The notes: a model not told the origin generated them from the sequence alone. 64,000 bases of DNA from a bacterium (GCA_040756235.1 JBFLZG010000087.1:121411-185410); one strand, 5' to 3'; positions 40,139-50,900 are shown, numbered from the stretch's first letter. Translations and numbers: made by a program.

Positions 40139-40942
40139 TCACTTGCCCCCTGACCGGAGAAAGCGCAGCGCGTCCTCGGCCGTCGCGCCCTCGTGGACGA
40201 TCATGCAGGCGGCCCGGACGAACCGTTCCGGCGTCTCGTGCTGAAAAGCATTGCGCCCCATGCTGAGGCCGGCAGCGCCCGCCCGCACCACCTCCTCGAC
40301 CATCCTCAAGGTTTCCTCTTCCCCCTGCTTCGAGCCGCCGGCGATCACGACCGGGATGGGGGACCCTTCCACGACGGGCCGGAACGTCTCCACGCTCCCG
40401 GTGTAGGGCACCTTGACGATGTCGGCGCCGAGCTCGGCAGCGAGCCGGGCCGCCATGGCGACGGCACGGGGATCCTTCTCGCTGGGAACCTTCTTCCCCC
40501 TGGGATAGACCATGGCCAGGAGCGGCATGCCCCAGGAATAGCACTTCTCCGCCACGCGACCGAAGTCGCGCAGCATCTCGGGTTCGTCCTCCGCTCCGAG
40601 GTTGATGTGGATCGAGACCGCGTCCGCGCCGAGCTGGATGGCCTTCTCGACGCTGCAAACCAGGACCTTGTGGTTGGGATCCGGTCCCAGGGAAGTGCTG
40701 CCGGAAAGGTGGACGATCAGCCCGATGTCTTTTCCGTACCGTCTATGGCCGACGCGCACCATGCCGCTGTGCTCGACGATGGCGTTGGCGCCTCCCTCGG
40801 CCACCCGGTTGATCGTCTCGTCGAGCTTGATGAGGCCCTGGATCGGTCCGGAGGTGACCCCGTGGTCCATGGGCACGATCACGGTCCTGCCGGTGTTGCG
40901 GTTCCAGATCCTCTCCATCCGAATCATCTTGCCGGGGTTCAT
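40139..40942 (-). CDS. 2-amino-3,7-dideoxy-D-threo-hept-6-ulosonate synthase (AroA', DhnA-type aldolase)
   Basis: [35 protein letters not shown]; adjacent to AroB'. Confidence 0.9.
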   Translation of the reverse strand: MNPGKMIRMERIWNRNTGRTVIVPMDHGVTSGPIQGLIKLDETINRVAEGGANAIVEHSGMVRVGHRRYGKDIGLIVHLSGSTSLGPDPNHKVLVCSVEKAIQLGADAVSIHINLGAEDEPEMLRDFGRVAEKCYSWGMPLLAMVYPRGKKVPSEKDPRAVAMAARLAAELGADIVKVPYTGSVETFRPVVEGSPIPVVIAGGSKQGEEETLRMVEEVVRAGAAGLSMGRNAFQHETPERFVRAACMIVHEGATAEDALRFLRSGGK

Positions 40943-41204
40943 GGTTTCCCCTCCTTCTCGAGCTCTATCTCTGCAGCCCCCTGAAACGGAGGCGGCGCAG
41001 AGGCATGAGCATGAAATCTTCGGATCGCCACTGTGACTCGAAGCCCGTGTTCAGCGGGCTTCTAATACAGCACATCGGCGGGACTTTGACAAGGATCGGT
41101 GGGGCGAGGGAGAGGGCACGATCGTGCGCCAGGTAGTCTTCCACCCTTCCCGCCGCCCCGGCCGCCGGCAGGCGGTGCTTAGGAGGGGCACTTGGACGTT
41201 GCGA

Positions 41205-42035
41205 TCATTCGGCTTTCGCGGACGCCGGCCGGACCTGGATCAGCTCTCCCTGGCCGTACTGTTTGGGGGCGTTCTGGTAATACTGCATGGCGTCCTGGGC
41301 GATCACCTGCAATTCCTGGATCCTGTCAGAAGGCGCCGGATGGGTGGAAAGGAACGAGGGCGGACGTTCTCCCCCGACCTTGTCCATCCGCTCCCACAGC
41401 CGGACGGCTTCACGGGGATCGTATCCGGCCTTGGCCATGTACACGGTCCCGATGTGGTCGGATTCCGATTCCTGCTTGCGTGAGTAAGGGAGCAGAACTC
41501 CCACGTTGGCGCCGAGGCCCATGGCGGCCAGAATCGTGCTCTTGTATTGACTGTTCTGGAGCGAAAGATCCGCGGCGGACAGACCGAGGTTGACCAGCAG
41601 GGCGTGACTCATCCGCTCCCCTGCATGCCTGGCCACCGCGTGGCCCACCTCATGGCCTATGATCGCGGCCAAGCCGGCCTCGGTCTTGGCGATCGGCAGG
41701 ATGCCGGTGTAGACGGCCACCTTGCCTCCGGGCAGGCAGAAGGCATTGATTTCCTTGGACTCGATGACCTTGAACTCCCAGTTCAGCTTGGGCATGTCGG
41801 AGACCTGAGCAATTCTCTGGCCCACCCTCTGCACGAGGCCGGTCCAGGCCGGGTCGTTCGAAACGGGCTCACTTTGCAGGATCTCCTGATAGGCCTGGGC
41901 GCCCATCTGGACCTCCTGATCGAAAGGGACCAGGATCAGCTCCTGCCTGCCTGTGACCGGCGCCGTGGCACAGCCGGCCAGGACGAGCAGGCAAGCGCCC
42001 CAAAACAGACTGCGCGAACGGCTGTTGTTCCCCAT
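41205..42035 (-). CDS. M48-family metalloprotease lipoprotein
   Basis: Lipobox LAGC; NAFCLPGGK, HEVGH, ESESD, FLSTHP. Confidence 0.93.
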   Translation of the reverse strand: MGNNSRSRSLFWGACLLVLAGCATAPVTGRQELILVPFDQEVQMGAQAYQEILQSEPVSNDPAWTGLVQRVGQRIAQVSDMPKLNWEFKVIESKEINAFCLPGGKVAVYTGILPIAKTEAGLAAIIGHEVGHAVARHAGERMSHALLVNLGLSAADLSLQNSQYKSTILAAMGLGANVGVLLPYSRKQESESDHIGTVYMAKAGYDPREAVRLWERMDKVGGERPPSFLSTHPAPSDRIQELQVIAQDAMQYYQNAPKQYGQGELIQVRPASAKAE

Positions 42036-42178
42036 GGTGGCAATCCGTCGTCTAGGGTGAAAAGAGCGCAAAAAGATCGGCCGGCTTCTGCTTCTGAACT
42101 TAGGATGCATCCAGAGACTCAAAGTGCGCACCGGACCTGAGAAGCGGAGTGGACCATCGGCTGCGGAACCGGTTCCAT

Positions 42179-44545
42179 TCAAGTTCCGAAACGGCTGACG
42201 TCACGGACCTCTTCCGGATGCCGCTCTTGGCGCTGCAGAAAGCGGGGCCGGAAAAGGATGATGAGAGAAGGAACTATGGTGACGGCGGCCAGGGAGGAGA
42301 TGAACATGCTCGTGGCCACGAAACCCCCGAGCTGCCGATGGTAAGACAGGGGTGATACGGCCATCACCAGGGCTCCGGCCGCGATGGCGGAAGCGACGAA
42401 GAAGATGGCCTTGCCGGAGGTCAGCATCGTCTCGAGGGTCGCTGCGCGGATGTCCCCCACGCGCCTGTACTCCTCCCGAAACCGGAAGATGAAGTAGATC
42501 GAGTAGTCCGCCCCGATGCTCACCGTCAGAGAGGTGATGGAGGCCGTAGCCAGATTCAGCCACGTGCCGGTGAGGCCCATCAGACCGAGGTTCACCATGG
42601 CGGCCAGCAGAGACGGCGTGAGGACCAGCGCGCCTCCCACGAAGGACTTGAGCACGAGGGAGGACACGAGAAAGATGATCGAGGCGATCACGGCCGCGTT
42701 GCGGATCTTCTCCCTCATCACCACGTCGTTGACCGTCTTGCTCACCGCAAGCCCGCCGCCGGCCACCCGGACCCGGACCTCCGCAGGGAAGTGGTCCTTG
42801 GCATAGCTGCGGGCCCGCTGAAAGATTTCCTCACAGAACTTCGCCCGGTCCTTGGTGGCGAAGGCGCGGATCACGGCCCTGCGGTACTGCGAGTCCACGA
42901 GCATCTCGAAGTCGTCCGGGTCCCCGGAATAGAGCAGAAAGTACTGCGCCACCAGCTCCCGGGATTCGGGCACGCGCCGGAAGCGTTCGTCCCCCCCGTG
43001 AAAGGCGACGTTCATCTGCTTCACGTAATCCACGATGGAATTGGCGCGGCCGACTCCGGGGACGGACTCGAGGTCCGCCTGCATCCCTTCCATGGCCCTG
43101 AGCAGGGCAGGGTCATACAGGGCGTCCGGCTCTCTGCCTTCGACGAGAATGTTGAGTGTGATGGTCCCCCCGAAGAGAGTGTTCAAGGCCTCGTATTCCA
43201 TGAGGCTCCGGGAATCCTGGGGCAGGGCTTCACGGAAGGAGTTTTCCACCTGGATGCGCAGGGCGCTGAAGATCGTGCCGGCGACCACGGCCGCACCGAC
43301 CGCGAGCGACAGCCACGGCCTGGCCCGGACGGTACGGGCCAGCTTGTTCAGGGCGCTCTCCAGCAGACCCCCGTGCTTCTCCTTCAGGACCTCCTGCATT
43401 TGGGGCGCTGGCAGCAGGGTGCGGCAGGCCGGGATGAAGCTCATCTCGATGATCAGGGCGCTCACGATCCCGGAAGCGGACAGGAAGCCGAAGAGCTGGA
43501 TGCTGCGGATCGGGAACAGGGTCAGCGTGAGGAGCCCGGTCGCGGCGATGAGGCCGGCCGTGATCATGACCGAGCCGACCCGGACCGTGCTCTCCACGAC
43601 GGCCGCCCGGTTGTCCCCCAGGCGGCGGAATTCCTCGTAGTAACGTTTGAGGATCTGTACGGCATGGCCGGCCGCGACCGCCAGGATGAGGAAGGGGCTC
43701 AGGGCGTTCCAGCCGTCCATGGGCACCCCGAGGTGACAGAAGAGGCCCATGGCCCAAGTCACGCTCAGCAGGGCCGTCACGAGGGGAAGGAACATGGCCT
43801 GAAGGGTGCGGAACGCCTCGAAGTGGACGAGCCCGATCACGAGCACGGCCAGGGGGAAGAGCTTCAGCATGTGCTTGGTGTACCCGTCCATCGTGGCAAT
43901 GAAGACCGGCAGGCCCCCCACGTAGATCCGGAGCTTCTCGTCCCGGAAGGGAGCCACGGCCTCCTGAATGCGGCGGCTCAGGACCGCGTCGCGCAGGTCC
44001 GGGTCTCCCCCGGACTCGTCGATGTCGGCGACGATGGAGGCGGCTTTGCCTTCCGGAGCGATCAGATAGCCGATGAGGAGCTTCTGGCCCAACAGGTACT
44101 CGCGGAGCTCCTCGACTTCGGCGGGGGTCGAGGGGATCTGATCGATCAGACTGCGGACCACGATCTCGTCTGCCTGGCCGGCCTCGATGCTCTTCACCTT
44201 GGGAGCGGTGATGCTCAGGACCTTGTCCGGGTCGATGCCCGGAATGGCTCCGACCGCTTCCGTGATCGTGCGGATCCGCTCGAGCACCCAGGGCTGGAAC
44301 ACGTCCCCTTCGGCCGGCTCGACGCCGATCATCGTGTAGCGGCCGCCTCCGAAGAGCTCGAGGATCTCGTCGTCCAGACGGACGATCGGGTCGTCGGCCG
44401 GCAGCTCGCCCTTGCGCTCGTTCTCGATGTAAATGCCCTTGATGCTGGTGGCGAGAAGGGCGGTGGACAGAAGGACGGCTGCGATCACTCCCTTGGAGTG
44501 AAGGGTCACCCATTCGACGTAACTTCTCAGGATGCGACCGAACAC
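42179..44545 (-). CDS. MMPL/RND-family transporter
   Basis: Two repeats of TM + periplasmic domain + 5 TM; IGADYSIY; GTG start with AGGTGG RBS. Confidence 0.9.
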   Translation of the reverse strand: MFGRILRSYVEWVTLHSKGVIAAVLLSTALLATSIKGIYIENERKGELPADDPIVRLDDEILELFGGGRYTMIGVEPAEGDVFQPWVLERIRTITEAVGAIPGIDPDKVLSITAPKVKSIEAGQADEIVVRSLIDQIPSTPAEVEELREYLLGQKLLIGYLIAPEGKAASIVADIDESGGDPDLRDAVLSRRIQEAVAPFRDEKLRIYVGGLPVFIATMDGYTKHMLKLFPLAVLVIGLVHFEAFRTLQAMFLPLVTALLSVTWAMGLFCHLGVPMDGWNALSPFLILAVAAGHAVQILKRYYEEFRRLGDNRAAVVESTVRVGSVMITAGLIAATGLLTLTLFPIRSIQLFGFLSASGIVSALIIEMSFIPACRTLLPAPQMQEVLKEKHGGLLESALNKLARTVRARPWLSLAVGAAVVAGTIFSALRIQVENSFREALPQDSRSLMEYEALNTLFGGTITLNILVEGREPDALYDPALLRAMEGMQADLESVPGVGRANSIVDYVKQMNVAFHGGDERFRRVPESRELVAQYFLLYSGDPDDFEMLVDSQYRRAVIRAFATKDRAKFCEEIFQRARSYAKDHFPAEVRVRVAGGGLAVSKTVNDVVMREKIRNAAVIASIIFLVSSLVLKSFVGGALVLTPSLLAAMVNLGLMGLTGTWLNLATASITSLTVSIGADYSIYFIFRFREEYRRVGDIRAATLETMLTSGKAIFFVASAIAAGALVMAVSPLSYHRQLGGFVATSMFISSLAAVTIVPSLIILFRPRFLQRQERHPEEVRDVSRFGT

Positions 44546-44678
44546 GACGGACAGCCACCTGCTTGAGATCGTTGTGGCTAGGCAAAACGAAGATGAAGAA
44601 TAGCGAATACCGGCAGCAAAGGGAAGCGAGGCCTGCGACAGAAGGCATGGCAACCAACGGCCTGCAAGGGGCGGCTGT

Positions 44679-45150
44679 CCGGCCTTCGGGACTCCGGGAC
44701 GGCCTCCGCGACTCGCCCTCGCCTCCCTCGTGCGGACACCCACCGTACTCATGGCAGCAGCCGGTAGGGTGGACAAAGCGCCAGCGTGTCCACCAGCCAG
44801 GGCATCGAGTGCGGTGGGTGCACCGCCCTCGCTCGTCTCAGGCTCGGAACGCTCCGGCTCTTCTCCTCCCGAGGGTCGGAGACCACAGCCCTTCGGGCAG
44901 TGCCTTTTTTCGTCCCTCGTCCCGGGCCGGGTGAATCGGGAAACACGAGCCTGGCGGGGATGGTATTCGAGAAACAGCGCTGCGTTCCACCGGCCTTCGG
45001 GACTCCGGGACGGCCTCCGTGACTCGCCCTCGCCTCCCTCGTGCGGACACCCACCGTACTCATGGCAGCAGCCGGTAGGGTGGACAAAGCGCCAGCGTGT
45101 CCACCAGCCAGGGCATCGAGTGCGGTGGGTGCACCGCCCTCGCTCGTCTC
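44679..45150. repeat. Tandem 161-bp direct repeats enclosing a family B element and GTAG REPs
   Basis: 44679-44839 and 44990-45150 nearly identical (one substitution seen), period 311; each contains GTAGGGTGGACA...TGTCCACC. Confidence 0.9.
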
Positions 45151-45191
45151 GAGCCTAGCGCGGCCGTTCTTCTCCTGCAGCGCATCGGTCC

Positions 45192-45221
45192 TTGACAAGA
45201 GGAGCCGGCCGTTCCTATCGT
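45192..45221 (+). promoter_or_regulatory. sigma70-like promoter
   Basis: TTGACA-N18-TATCGT upstream of the flavoprotein gene. Confidence 0.45.
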
Positions 45222-45306
45222 GTCCTGTGCGGCGAGGATCCCGGATTCACTTGCCTGTCGATCCCGTATCCGCTGGCCGCTCGGCAAAGAAGAGGAGGGA
45301 AACGGA

Positions 45307-46269
45307 ATGTTCAGGACACGCGTGACAGAGATGCTGGGGATCGAGTACCCGATCGTCTGTGGCTGCATGATGCACCTGTCCTCCCCGAGCTTCGTTGCCG
45401 CCGTTTCCGAGGCCGGGTGTCTGGGCCTGGTGGCGTCGGCCATGTGGAAGACCAAGGAAGAATTCCGGGACGCGCTGAAGGAGGTGAAGCGAGCCACCCG
45501 CAAGCCGTTCGGCGTGAACCTGAACCTGTTCCCGGCCATGCGACCCATCGACAACTCCGAATACCTGGAAGTCCTCCTGGACGAGGGCGTGCGCATCGTC
45601 GAGACTTCGGGCCACAAGGCGCCCGAGGACCTGGCGGCGAGGTTCAAGGAGGCGGGCCTGACCTGGATCCACAAGTGCGTGGGGCTCCGCTACGCGCGCA
45701 AGGCGGTCTCCCTGGGGGCGGACATCATCACGGTGGTGGGCTACGAGAACGGCGGTGCCACCGGCGTGCTGGATATCGGCACCTTCGTGCTGATCCCGAC
45801 GGTGGCGCGGGCGGTGAGCGTGCCGGTCATCGGCGGGGGCGGCGTCTCCGACGGCAGCGCCCTGGTCGCCGCGCTCTCGCTGGGCGCCCAGGGCGTGATC
45901 ATGGGCACCCGCTTCCTCTGCTCCGACGAATGCCCGATCCACCCCAGGCTGAAGGAGGCGCTCGTCAACGCCCAGGAGACCGACACGGTGATCGTCATGC
46001 GGACCCTGGGCAACAGCCACCGGGTGTGGAAGAACGCGGCCTCGGAGAGGGTCTTGGGGCTCGAATCCGATCAGGCCTCCCTGCAGGAGATCATCGACGT
46101 CGCGGCCGGTACCAAGGCCCGCATGATGTACGAGCAGGGCGATCTGGACCAGGGCGTCCTCTCGTGCGGCCAGGGAGTCGGGCTCGTCCGCGACGTCAAG
46201 CCCGTCCGGCAGATCGTGCAGGAGATCATGGAGGAGGCGCGGCTGGTGGTGGGGCGCATCGCAGCGTGA
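45307..46269 (+). CDS. Nitronate monooxygenase / FabK-family flavoprotein
   Basis: LGIEYPI, KPFGVNL, GGG..DG, LGA.GV.MGTRF, GQGVGL. Confidence 0.9.
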   Translation: MFRTRVTEMLGIEYPIVCGCMMHLSSPSFVAAVSEAGCLGLVASAMWKTKEEFRDALKEVKRATRKPFGVNLNLFPAMRPIDNSEYLEVLLDEGVRIVETSGHKAPEDLAARFKEAGLTWIHKCVGLRYARKAVSLGADIITVVGYENGGATGVLDIGTFVLIPTVARAVSVPVIGGGGVSDGSALVAALSLGAQGVIMGTRFLCSDECPIHPRLKEALVNAQETDTVIVMRTLGNSHRVWKNAASERVLGLESDQASLQEIIDVAAGTKARMMYEQGDLDQGVLSCGQGVGLVRDVKPVRQIVQEIMEEARLVVGRIAA

Positions 46270-46272
46270 TCC

Positions 46273-46501
46273 AGGCTGTCCCAAAGCGCCCGTCTGCGGC
46301 GTGCCTTTCCGCGCCGGGCGTCGGGTGTCGGGGGTTCGTCCCGGCCTCAGCCCTGCCCGACGGGCTCTTCTCATCGGCCTCGCCTCGGGTGGACCAGGCG
46401 TCGGGTGCCGGAGCCTGGTACCTGAAACCTGACCCCGCTTCATGCGCCTTGCAGCGGGCATTTCTCGACGGCCTCTGAAATCGAGCCTTGGGACAGGTTC
46501 T
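46273..46501. repeat. Family A MITE-like element (inverted relative to the 53760 copy)
   Basis: Ends AGGCTGTCCCAA...TTGGGACAGGTTCT; contains CCTCTGAAATCGAGCC. Confidence 0.75.
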
Positions 46502-46525
46502 GGCGAGTAGTATGGAGGGTCTGCA

Positions 46526-48475
46526 ATGCCGGCATCCACCACACCCGGCCCCCCGGAAGTGCCGGACCCGCCGGGGCAGCAGCGCGCTCGAAGGGCCGAG
46601 GGCCCTCTGCCGGGTTTTCTGGAGACGGCCAACGCAAGCAGCGACTGCATCTTCTGGGTGAAAGACACGCAGAAAGGCGAGGCACGTTTCCAGTTCGTGA
46701 ACCGGGCCTTCGAGGAGGCCACCGGCCGGACGTCCTCCGAGCTCTGCTCCCTCTCGCTCAGGGACCTGCTGACTCCCGAGCAGTACGACATTCTCCGCGA
46801 GCGGCATCTCCGACAGTGGGCTCGGCCCCACAGCTTCTCCCATCCCGGGATCGTCGGGCTCAAGGGCCGGGGCGGGAACCGGATCGAGGTCGAGCTCCAT
46901 GCGTGCCTGGTCCGATCCCTGCAGCCGTTCTCCGCCGTCTACTTCTGCCGCGAGCTCGACCGGCCCCCCGACCCTGCGAGCCGTTACTACGAGCTCTGCG
47001 ACAACGCCGCGAGCTGCACGCGAGGTGCATGCCAGGCGGACCGTATCGCTGCCCGCTACTACGAGCTCTACGACAACGCCATGGACTGCACCTTTACCCT
47101 CAACCAGGACGGACGGATCCAGAACGGAAACAAGAAGTTCGAGGAGCTGACCGGCTGCCGGACAGGGATGCTCGAAGAAGGGCTGTTCGAGATCATGCCC
47201 CCGGAAAACGCTCGGCGCCTCATCCGGTTCCTCCGTCTCCAAAGCGAGGAGAGCCCCTGCTGTCAGATCCGCTTCACGGATGCGGGAGGCGAGCAGAAGT
47301 GTCTCGACGTGACCACCATCCGCAATCCGGCGAGCGACCAGGAGATCATCGTCAACATCCGGGACGTCACCCACCTCAAGCGGCTGGAAGACGAGATCCG
47401 CGAATCTGAGGAGAAATACCGGTCTTTGGTCGAGCAATCCAGGGACCTCATCTTTGTCCTGGTGGGCGAAGAGATCGTCTTTGCCAACAGCATGCTCTAC
47501 GCGATCGCGGGGGAGCGGCGGCACAACGAGAACATGATCTGGAAAGAGTACATCCGTCGGTTTGCGCTACGGGAAGACCGATCGCAGGTGATTGCCTTCT
47601 TCAACAAGGCCGCTCATCAGGCGCTGGACCGGAACACCTCCATCGAGTTCAAGGTCAAGGACAAAGGCGGCACGATTCGGGACATCCTGTTGACCATGGA
47701 TACGATCAACTATCAGGGCCAAAAGGCTCAGATCGGGGTCGCCCGGGACATCACGGAAAGAAAAAAGCTGGAGCAGAAAACCAGAGAGACCGAGAAGCTC
47801 GGGGCCCTGGCCCAATTCACCGCGTCCGTCGCTCACGAGATCCGCAACCCGCTGGAAGGGCTCACCAGCGCCGTTCTCCTTCTCATGAGAAGCCTGGACG
47901 TGCAGGGCGAAAACAGAGAGTTGCTGGATGTCATCGGCAACACGGCCAACGAGATCAGTTCGACCATCAACCAGGTCGTCTCCATGATCCATGAGCCGAA
48001 GTACAACTTTTCCGAGATCGACGTCCGCAGCCTCGTCGCCGGGGCCATCCGCAGTGCCACGAGATGCCGGGACTATGACCCTCGAGTCCGCATCACGACG
48101 AGCTTCCAACGGGGAGTGGGGGCGGTCCAGGGAGACGAAACGCTGCTCCGCAAGGCCTTCGGAAACATCCTCTGCAACTCCTTTCAGGCGGTAAACGGAG
48201 CGGGCCGGGTGAGGGTCCATGTAGCGCACGTGCAACAGGGATCCCAGCGCGCCCTTGCCTTCATCGTGGGGGACACGGGAACGGGCATTCCGGCCCATGT
48301 CCTGCCCCAGCTTTGGGAACCGTTCGTCACTTCCAAGAAAAGGGGGATGGGGCTGGGGCTGTTCATCACCAAGCGGATCATCGAAGACCACGGCGGCTCC
48401 ATCTCCGTTGTGCGGACCGGCAAGAGAGGAACCACCTTTCGGTTCACCGTTCCCGTCGAGCCCATTACGGAATAA
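46526..48475 (+). CDS. Cytoplasmic multi-PAS sensor histidine kinase
   Basis: Three PAS-like domains (RDVT, RDITERK), AHEIRNPL, DTGTG, GMGLGL; no TM. Confidence 0.92.
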   Translation: MPASTTPGPPEVPDPPGQQRARRAEGPLPGFLETANASSDCIFWVKDTQKGEARFQFVNRAFEEATGRTSSELCSLSLRDLLTPEQYDILRERHLRQWARPHSFSHPGIVGLKGRGGNRIEVELHACLVRSLQPFSAVYFCRELDRPPDPASRYYELCDNAASCTRGACQADRIAARYYELYDNAMDCTFTLNQDGRIQNGNKKFEELTGCRTGMLEEGLFEIMPPENARRLIRFLRLQSEESPCCQIRFTDAGGEQKCLDVTTIRNPASDQEIIVNIRDVTHLKRLEDEIRESEEKYRSLVEQSRDLIFVLVGEEIVFANSMLYAIAGERRHNENMIWKEYIRRFALREDRSQVIAFFNKAAHQALDRNTSIEFKVKDKGGTIRDILLTMDTINYQGQKAQIGVARDITERKKLEQKTRETEKLGALAQFTASVAHEIRNPLEGLTSAVLLLMRSLDVQGENRELLDVIGNTANEISSTINQVVSMIHEPKYNFSEIDVRSLVAGAIRSATRCRDYDPRVRITTSFQRGVGAVQGDETLLRKAFGNILCNSFQAVNGAGRVRVHVAHVQQGSQRALAFIVGDTGTGIPAHVLPQLWEPFVTSKKRGMGLGLFITKRIIEDHGGSISVVRTGKRGTTFRFTVPVEPITE

Positions 48476-48480
48476 GACCC

Positions 48481-49857
48481 ATGGCAAGGATTCTCGTGGT
48501 CGATGACGACCCCAACGTCCTGACGACCAGCTCCATAACCCTCACCCGCGAAGGGCATGAGGTATCCCGGGCGGAAAGCTTCGCGCAGGTCGAGCCGTGG
48601 ATCGGGAGCGTCTCTTTCGACATCGTCATCACCGACCTGCGCCTGGAGGACGGGAAGACCGGTCTCGACGTGCTGAAGATGTGCAAGAGCATCACTCCGG
48701 AAACCTGCGTCATCATCATTACCGCATTCAGCTCCATCGAGTCGGCCATCGCCGCGATGCGAGACGGCGCCAGTGATTACCTCATCAAGCCGTGCGGACC
48801 CGATCAGATCGTGCTGAGCGTGGATCGGGTTCTGGAAAGGCGGGCGCTCTTGTCTCAGATCCGATCTCTGCAGAGAGAGGTGAAGTCTTACAGGGAGGAC
48901 GAAATCATCGGCAAGAGCCCGCTCATGCAGCGCGTGCTCAAGACCCTCTCGCTGGTTGCGGACACCGATACCACCGTCCTCATCACGGGAGAAACCGGGA
49001 CCGGCAAGGACCTTGTGGCCAAGGTCATCCATGCCCGGAGCCGGCTGCATGACAAGCCGTTCATGGCGATCAGTTGTGCGGCCCTGCCGGAGAGCCTGCT
49101 GGAGAGCGAGCTGTTCGGCCACGTGAAAGGCGCCTTCAGCGGCGCCATCATCAACAAGAAGGGGCTCATCCTGGAGGCGGACGGAGGGACACTGTTCCTG
49201 GATGAGATCGGCGAGATGTCCCTTCCCCTGCAATCGAAGCTGCTCCGCTTCATCGAACAGGGAGAAGTGCGGCCGGTCGGATCCAACAAGAACATGTACG
49301 TCAAAGAGCGCCTCCTGGCAGCCACCAACAAAGATCTTGCACAAGCCGTCAGGAACAAGGAGTTCCGCAGCGATCTCTACTACCGACTGAAGGTCGTCGG
49401 CATCCATCTCCCGCCCTTGCGGGAACGGGGACAGGACGTGCTGCTGCTGGCCACCCGGTTCCTGAGTCTGGCCTGTCGCAAGCAAGGCATCCCGGATCTT
49501 GTTTTTTCAACGGAGGCGAAGGCGCTGTTGAAGAGCTATCACTGGCCCGGCAACGTTCGCGAGCTGCAGCACGCGATCGAAGGAGCAGTGATCCTGGCCG
49601 AGGGACCGGTGATCACCGACAACCATCTCGACATTCCCATCGGTGCGTCTGCCCGCGGTCCGCTGAGCCCGGACCCTGCGGACGGCCTGGCCTTGACAGA
49701 CATCACGCGCCAGCACCTGCTGGACGTGCTGGCGCAGTGCCACTGGAACCAGAAGCGGGCGGCGGAAGTTCTGAAGATCTCCAAAGCGACCCTGTGGAGG
49801 AAGTTGAAGGCTTACGGCATCAACGTCAACGAGCTGCGCAAGTCCTGCTACCCCTGA
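48481..49857 (+). CDS. Sigma54-dependent response regulator
   Basis: Receiver domain, GETGTGKD, ESELFGH.KGAFSGA, WPGNVREL, HTH ISKATLWRKLK. Confidence 0.95.
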   Translation: MARILVVDDDPNVLTTSSITLTREGHEVSRAESFAQVEPWIGSVSFDIVITDLRLEDGKTGLDVLKMCKSITPETCVIIITAFSSIESAIAAMRDGASDYLIKPCGPDQIVLSVDRVLERRALLSQIRSLQREVKSYREDEIIGKSPLMQRVLKTLSLVADTDTTVLITGETGTGKDLVAKVIHARSRLHDKPFMAISCAALPESLLESELFGHVKGAFSGAIINKKGLILEADGGTLFLDEIGEMSLPLQSKLLRFIEQGEVRPVGSNKNMYVKERLLAATNKDLAQAVRNKEFRSDLYYRLKVVGIHLPPLRERGQDVLLLATRFLSLACRKQGIPDLVFSTEAKALLKSYHWPGNVRELQHAIEGAVILAEGPVITDNHLDIPIGASARGPLSPDPADGLALTDITRQHLLDVLAQCHWNQKRAAEVLKISKATLWRKLKAYGINVNELRKSCYP

Positions 49858-49871
49858 CGGGATGTTTCCGA

Positions 49872-50900
49872 TCAATGCTGGGTCAAGAAACTCGAGGCCT
49901 TGACGCTGTCCCCCTCCGTCAGGACAACGATGGACCTCGCTCCGACAATGACTCCCCTGCGGCCTGCCAGGGAGACCGCCCTTAACCAGAAGAGCCTCAT
50001 ATCCAAAGGAAGCTCGATGTTTCCCCAGGACTCACCCCCATCCTCCGTGATCACGATCCTTCCCGAGTCCCCTACGGCAATCCCGAAGTCCGCGACCCCC
50101 AGCTTGACGTCGTAAAGCGATCGCAGCTCTTCGCCCCCGCCCGAACGCTCGGGAGCCCCGGACGGTATCCTCTCTTCCTTGACTCCAAGGATTTCCTGCC
50201 AGGTTTCCCCTCCATCCTCCGTCCGAACGATGACCCCGCCCAGTCCGACAGCTACCCCCTCTTTGTCCGAGGAGAACGACACTCCGAAAAGCGTGGCCTT
50301 TGACCCGGTATTTTGCTCCGTCCAGCTCTTTCCCCCATTTCGGGTATGCAGCACGGTCCCGAACTCGCAGGCCATCCACCCTTCGGATTCGCCCTTGAAC
50401 TCGATCGAATAGATGACCATGTCCTTCGCGTAGCTCTTGTCTGTCCAGGTCCGGCCTCCGTCCTCCGTGTACAGAATGGTTCCCCAATCCCCCGCGGCCC
50501 AACACTTCTCCGGGCTCACCGCCTCGACGGTCAATAGGTACTTGTCCTTCGGTGTGCTCTCCGGATTCCAGGTCTTCCCCCCGTCGACCGTATGGAAAAC
50601 GATCCCCTTCTTCCCCACGACCCACCCGACGTCGGTGTTACAGAAAGAAATCCCCGCCAACGGGTCATTCGTGTCCAGGGTTTGCTTCTCCCAGGTGAGG
50701 CCTCCGTCAGAGGTGTGGTACACGGCCCCACGGTCCCCGCAAACCCATCCCTGCTTCTCATCAAGGAAAAAGCTTGAAAATATGTTGTCTCCGCCCACGC
50801 CACCCCTGCCTTCGGAGAAGCCGATCTCGAGAGGAGCACAAACCCACAGCGCGGGTAGGAGCGCGACGCTCAGCCGGATTGTCTTCATCCGTCCCATCAT
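49872..50900 (-). CDS. YCF48-like BNR/Asp-box beta-propeller protein
   Basis: Signal peptide; repeated G..G.I..T.DGG.TW. Confidence 0.9.
   Translation of the reverse strand: MMGRMKTIRLSVALLPALWVCAPLEIGFSEGRGGVGGDNIFSSFFLDEKQGWVCGDRGAVYHTSDGGLTWEKQTLDTNDPLAGISFCNTDVGWVVGKKGIVFHTVDGGKTWNPESTPKDKYLLTVEAVSPEKCWAAGDWGTILYTEDGGRTWTDKSYAKDMVIYSIEFKGESEGWMACEFGTVLHTRNGGKSWTEQNTGSKATLFGVSFSSDKEGVAVGLGGVIVRTEDGGETWQEILGVKEERIPSGAPERSGGGEELRSLYDVKLGVADFGIAVGDSGRIVITEDGGESWGNIELPLDMRLFWLRAVSLAGRRGVIVGARSIVVLTEGDSVKASSFLTQH

Noticed and set aside
44679..45150. Possible CRISPR array
   Set aside because: Only two 161-bp repeats with one 150-bp spacer; sizes are wrong and no cas genes are present.
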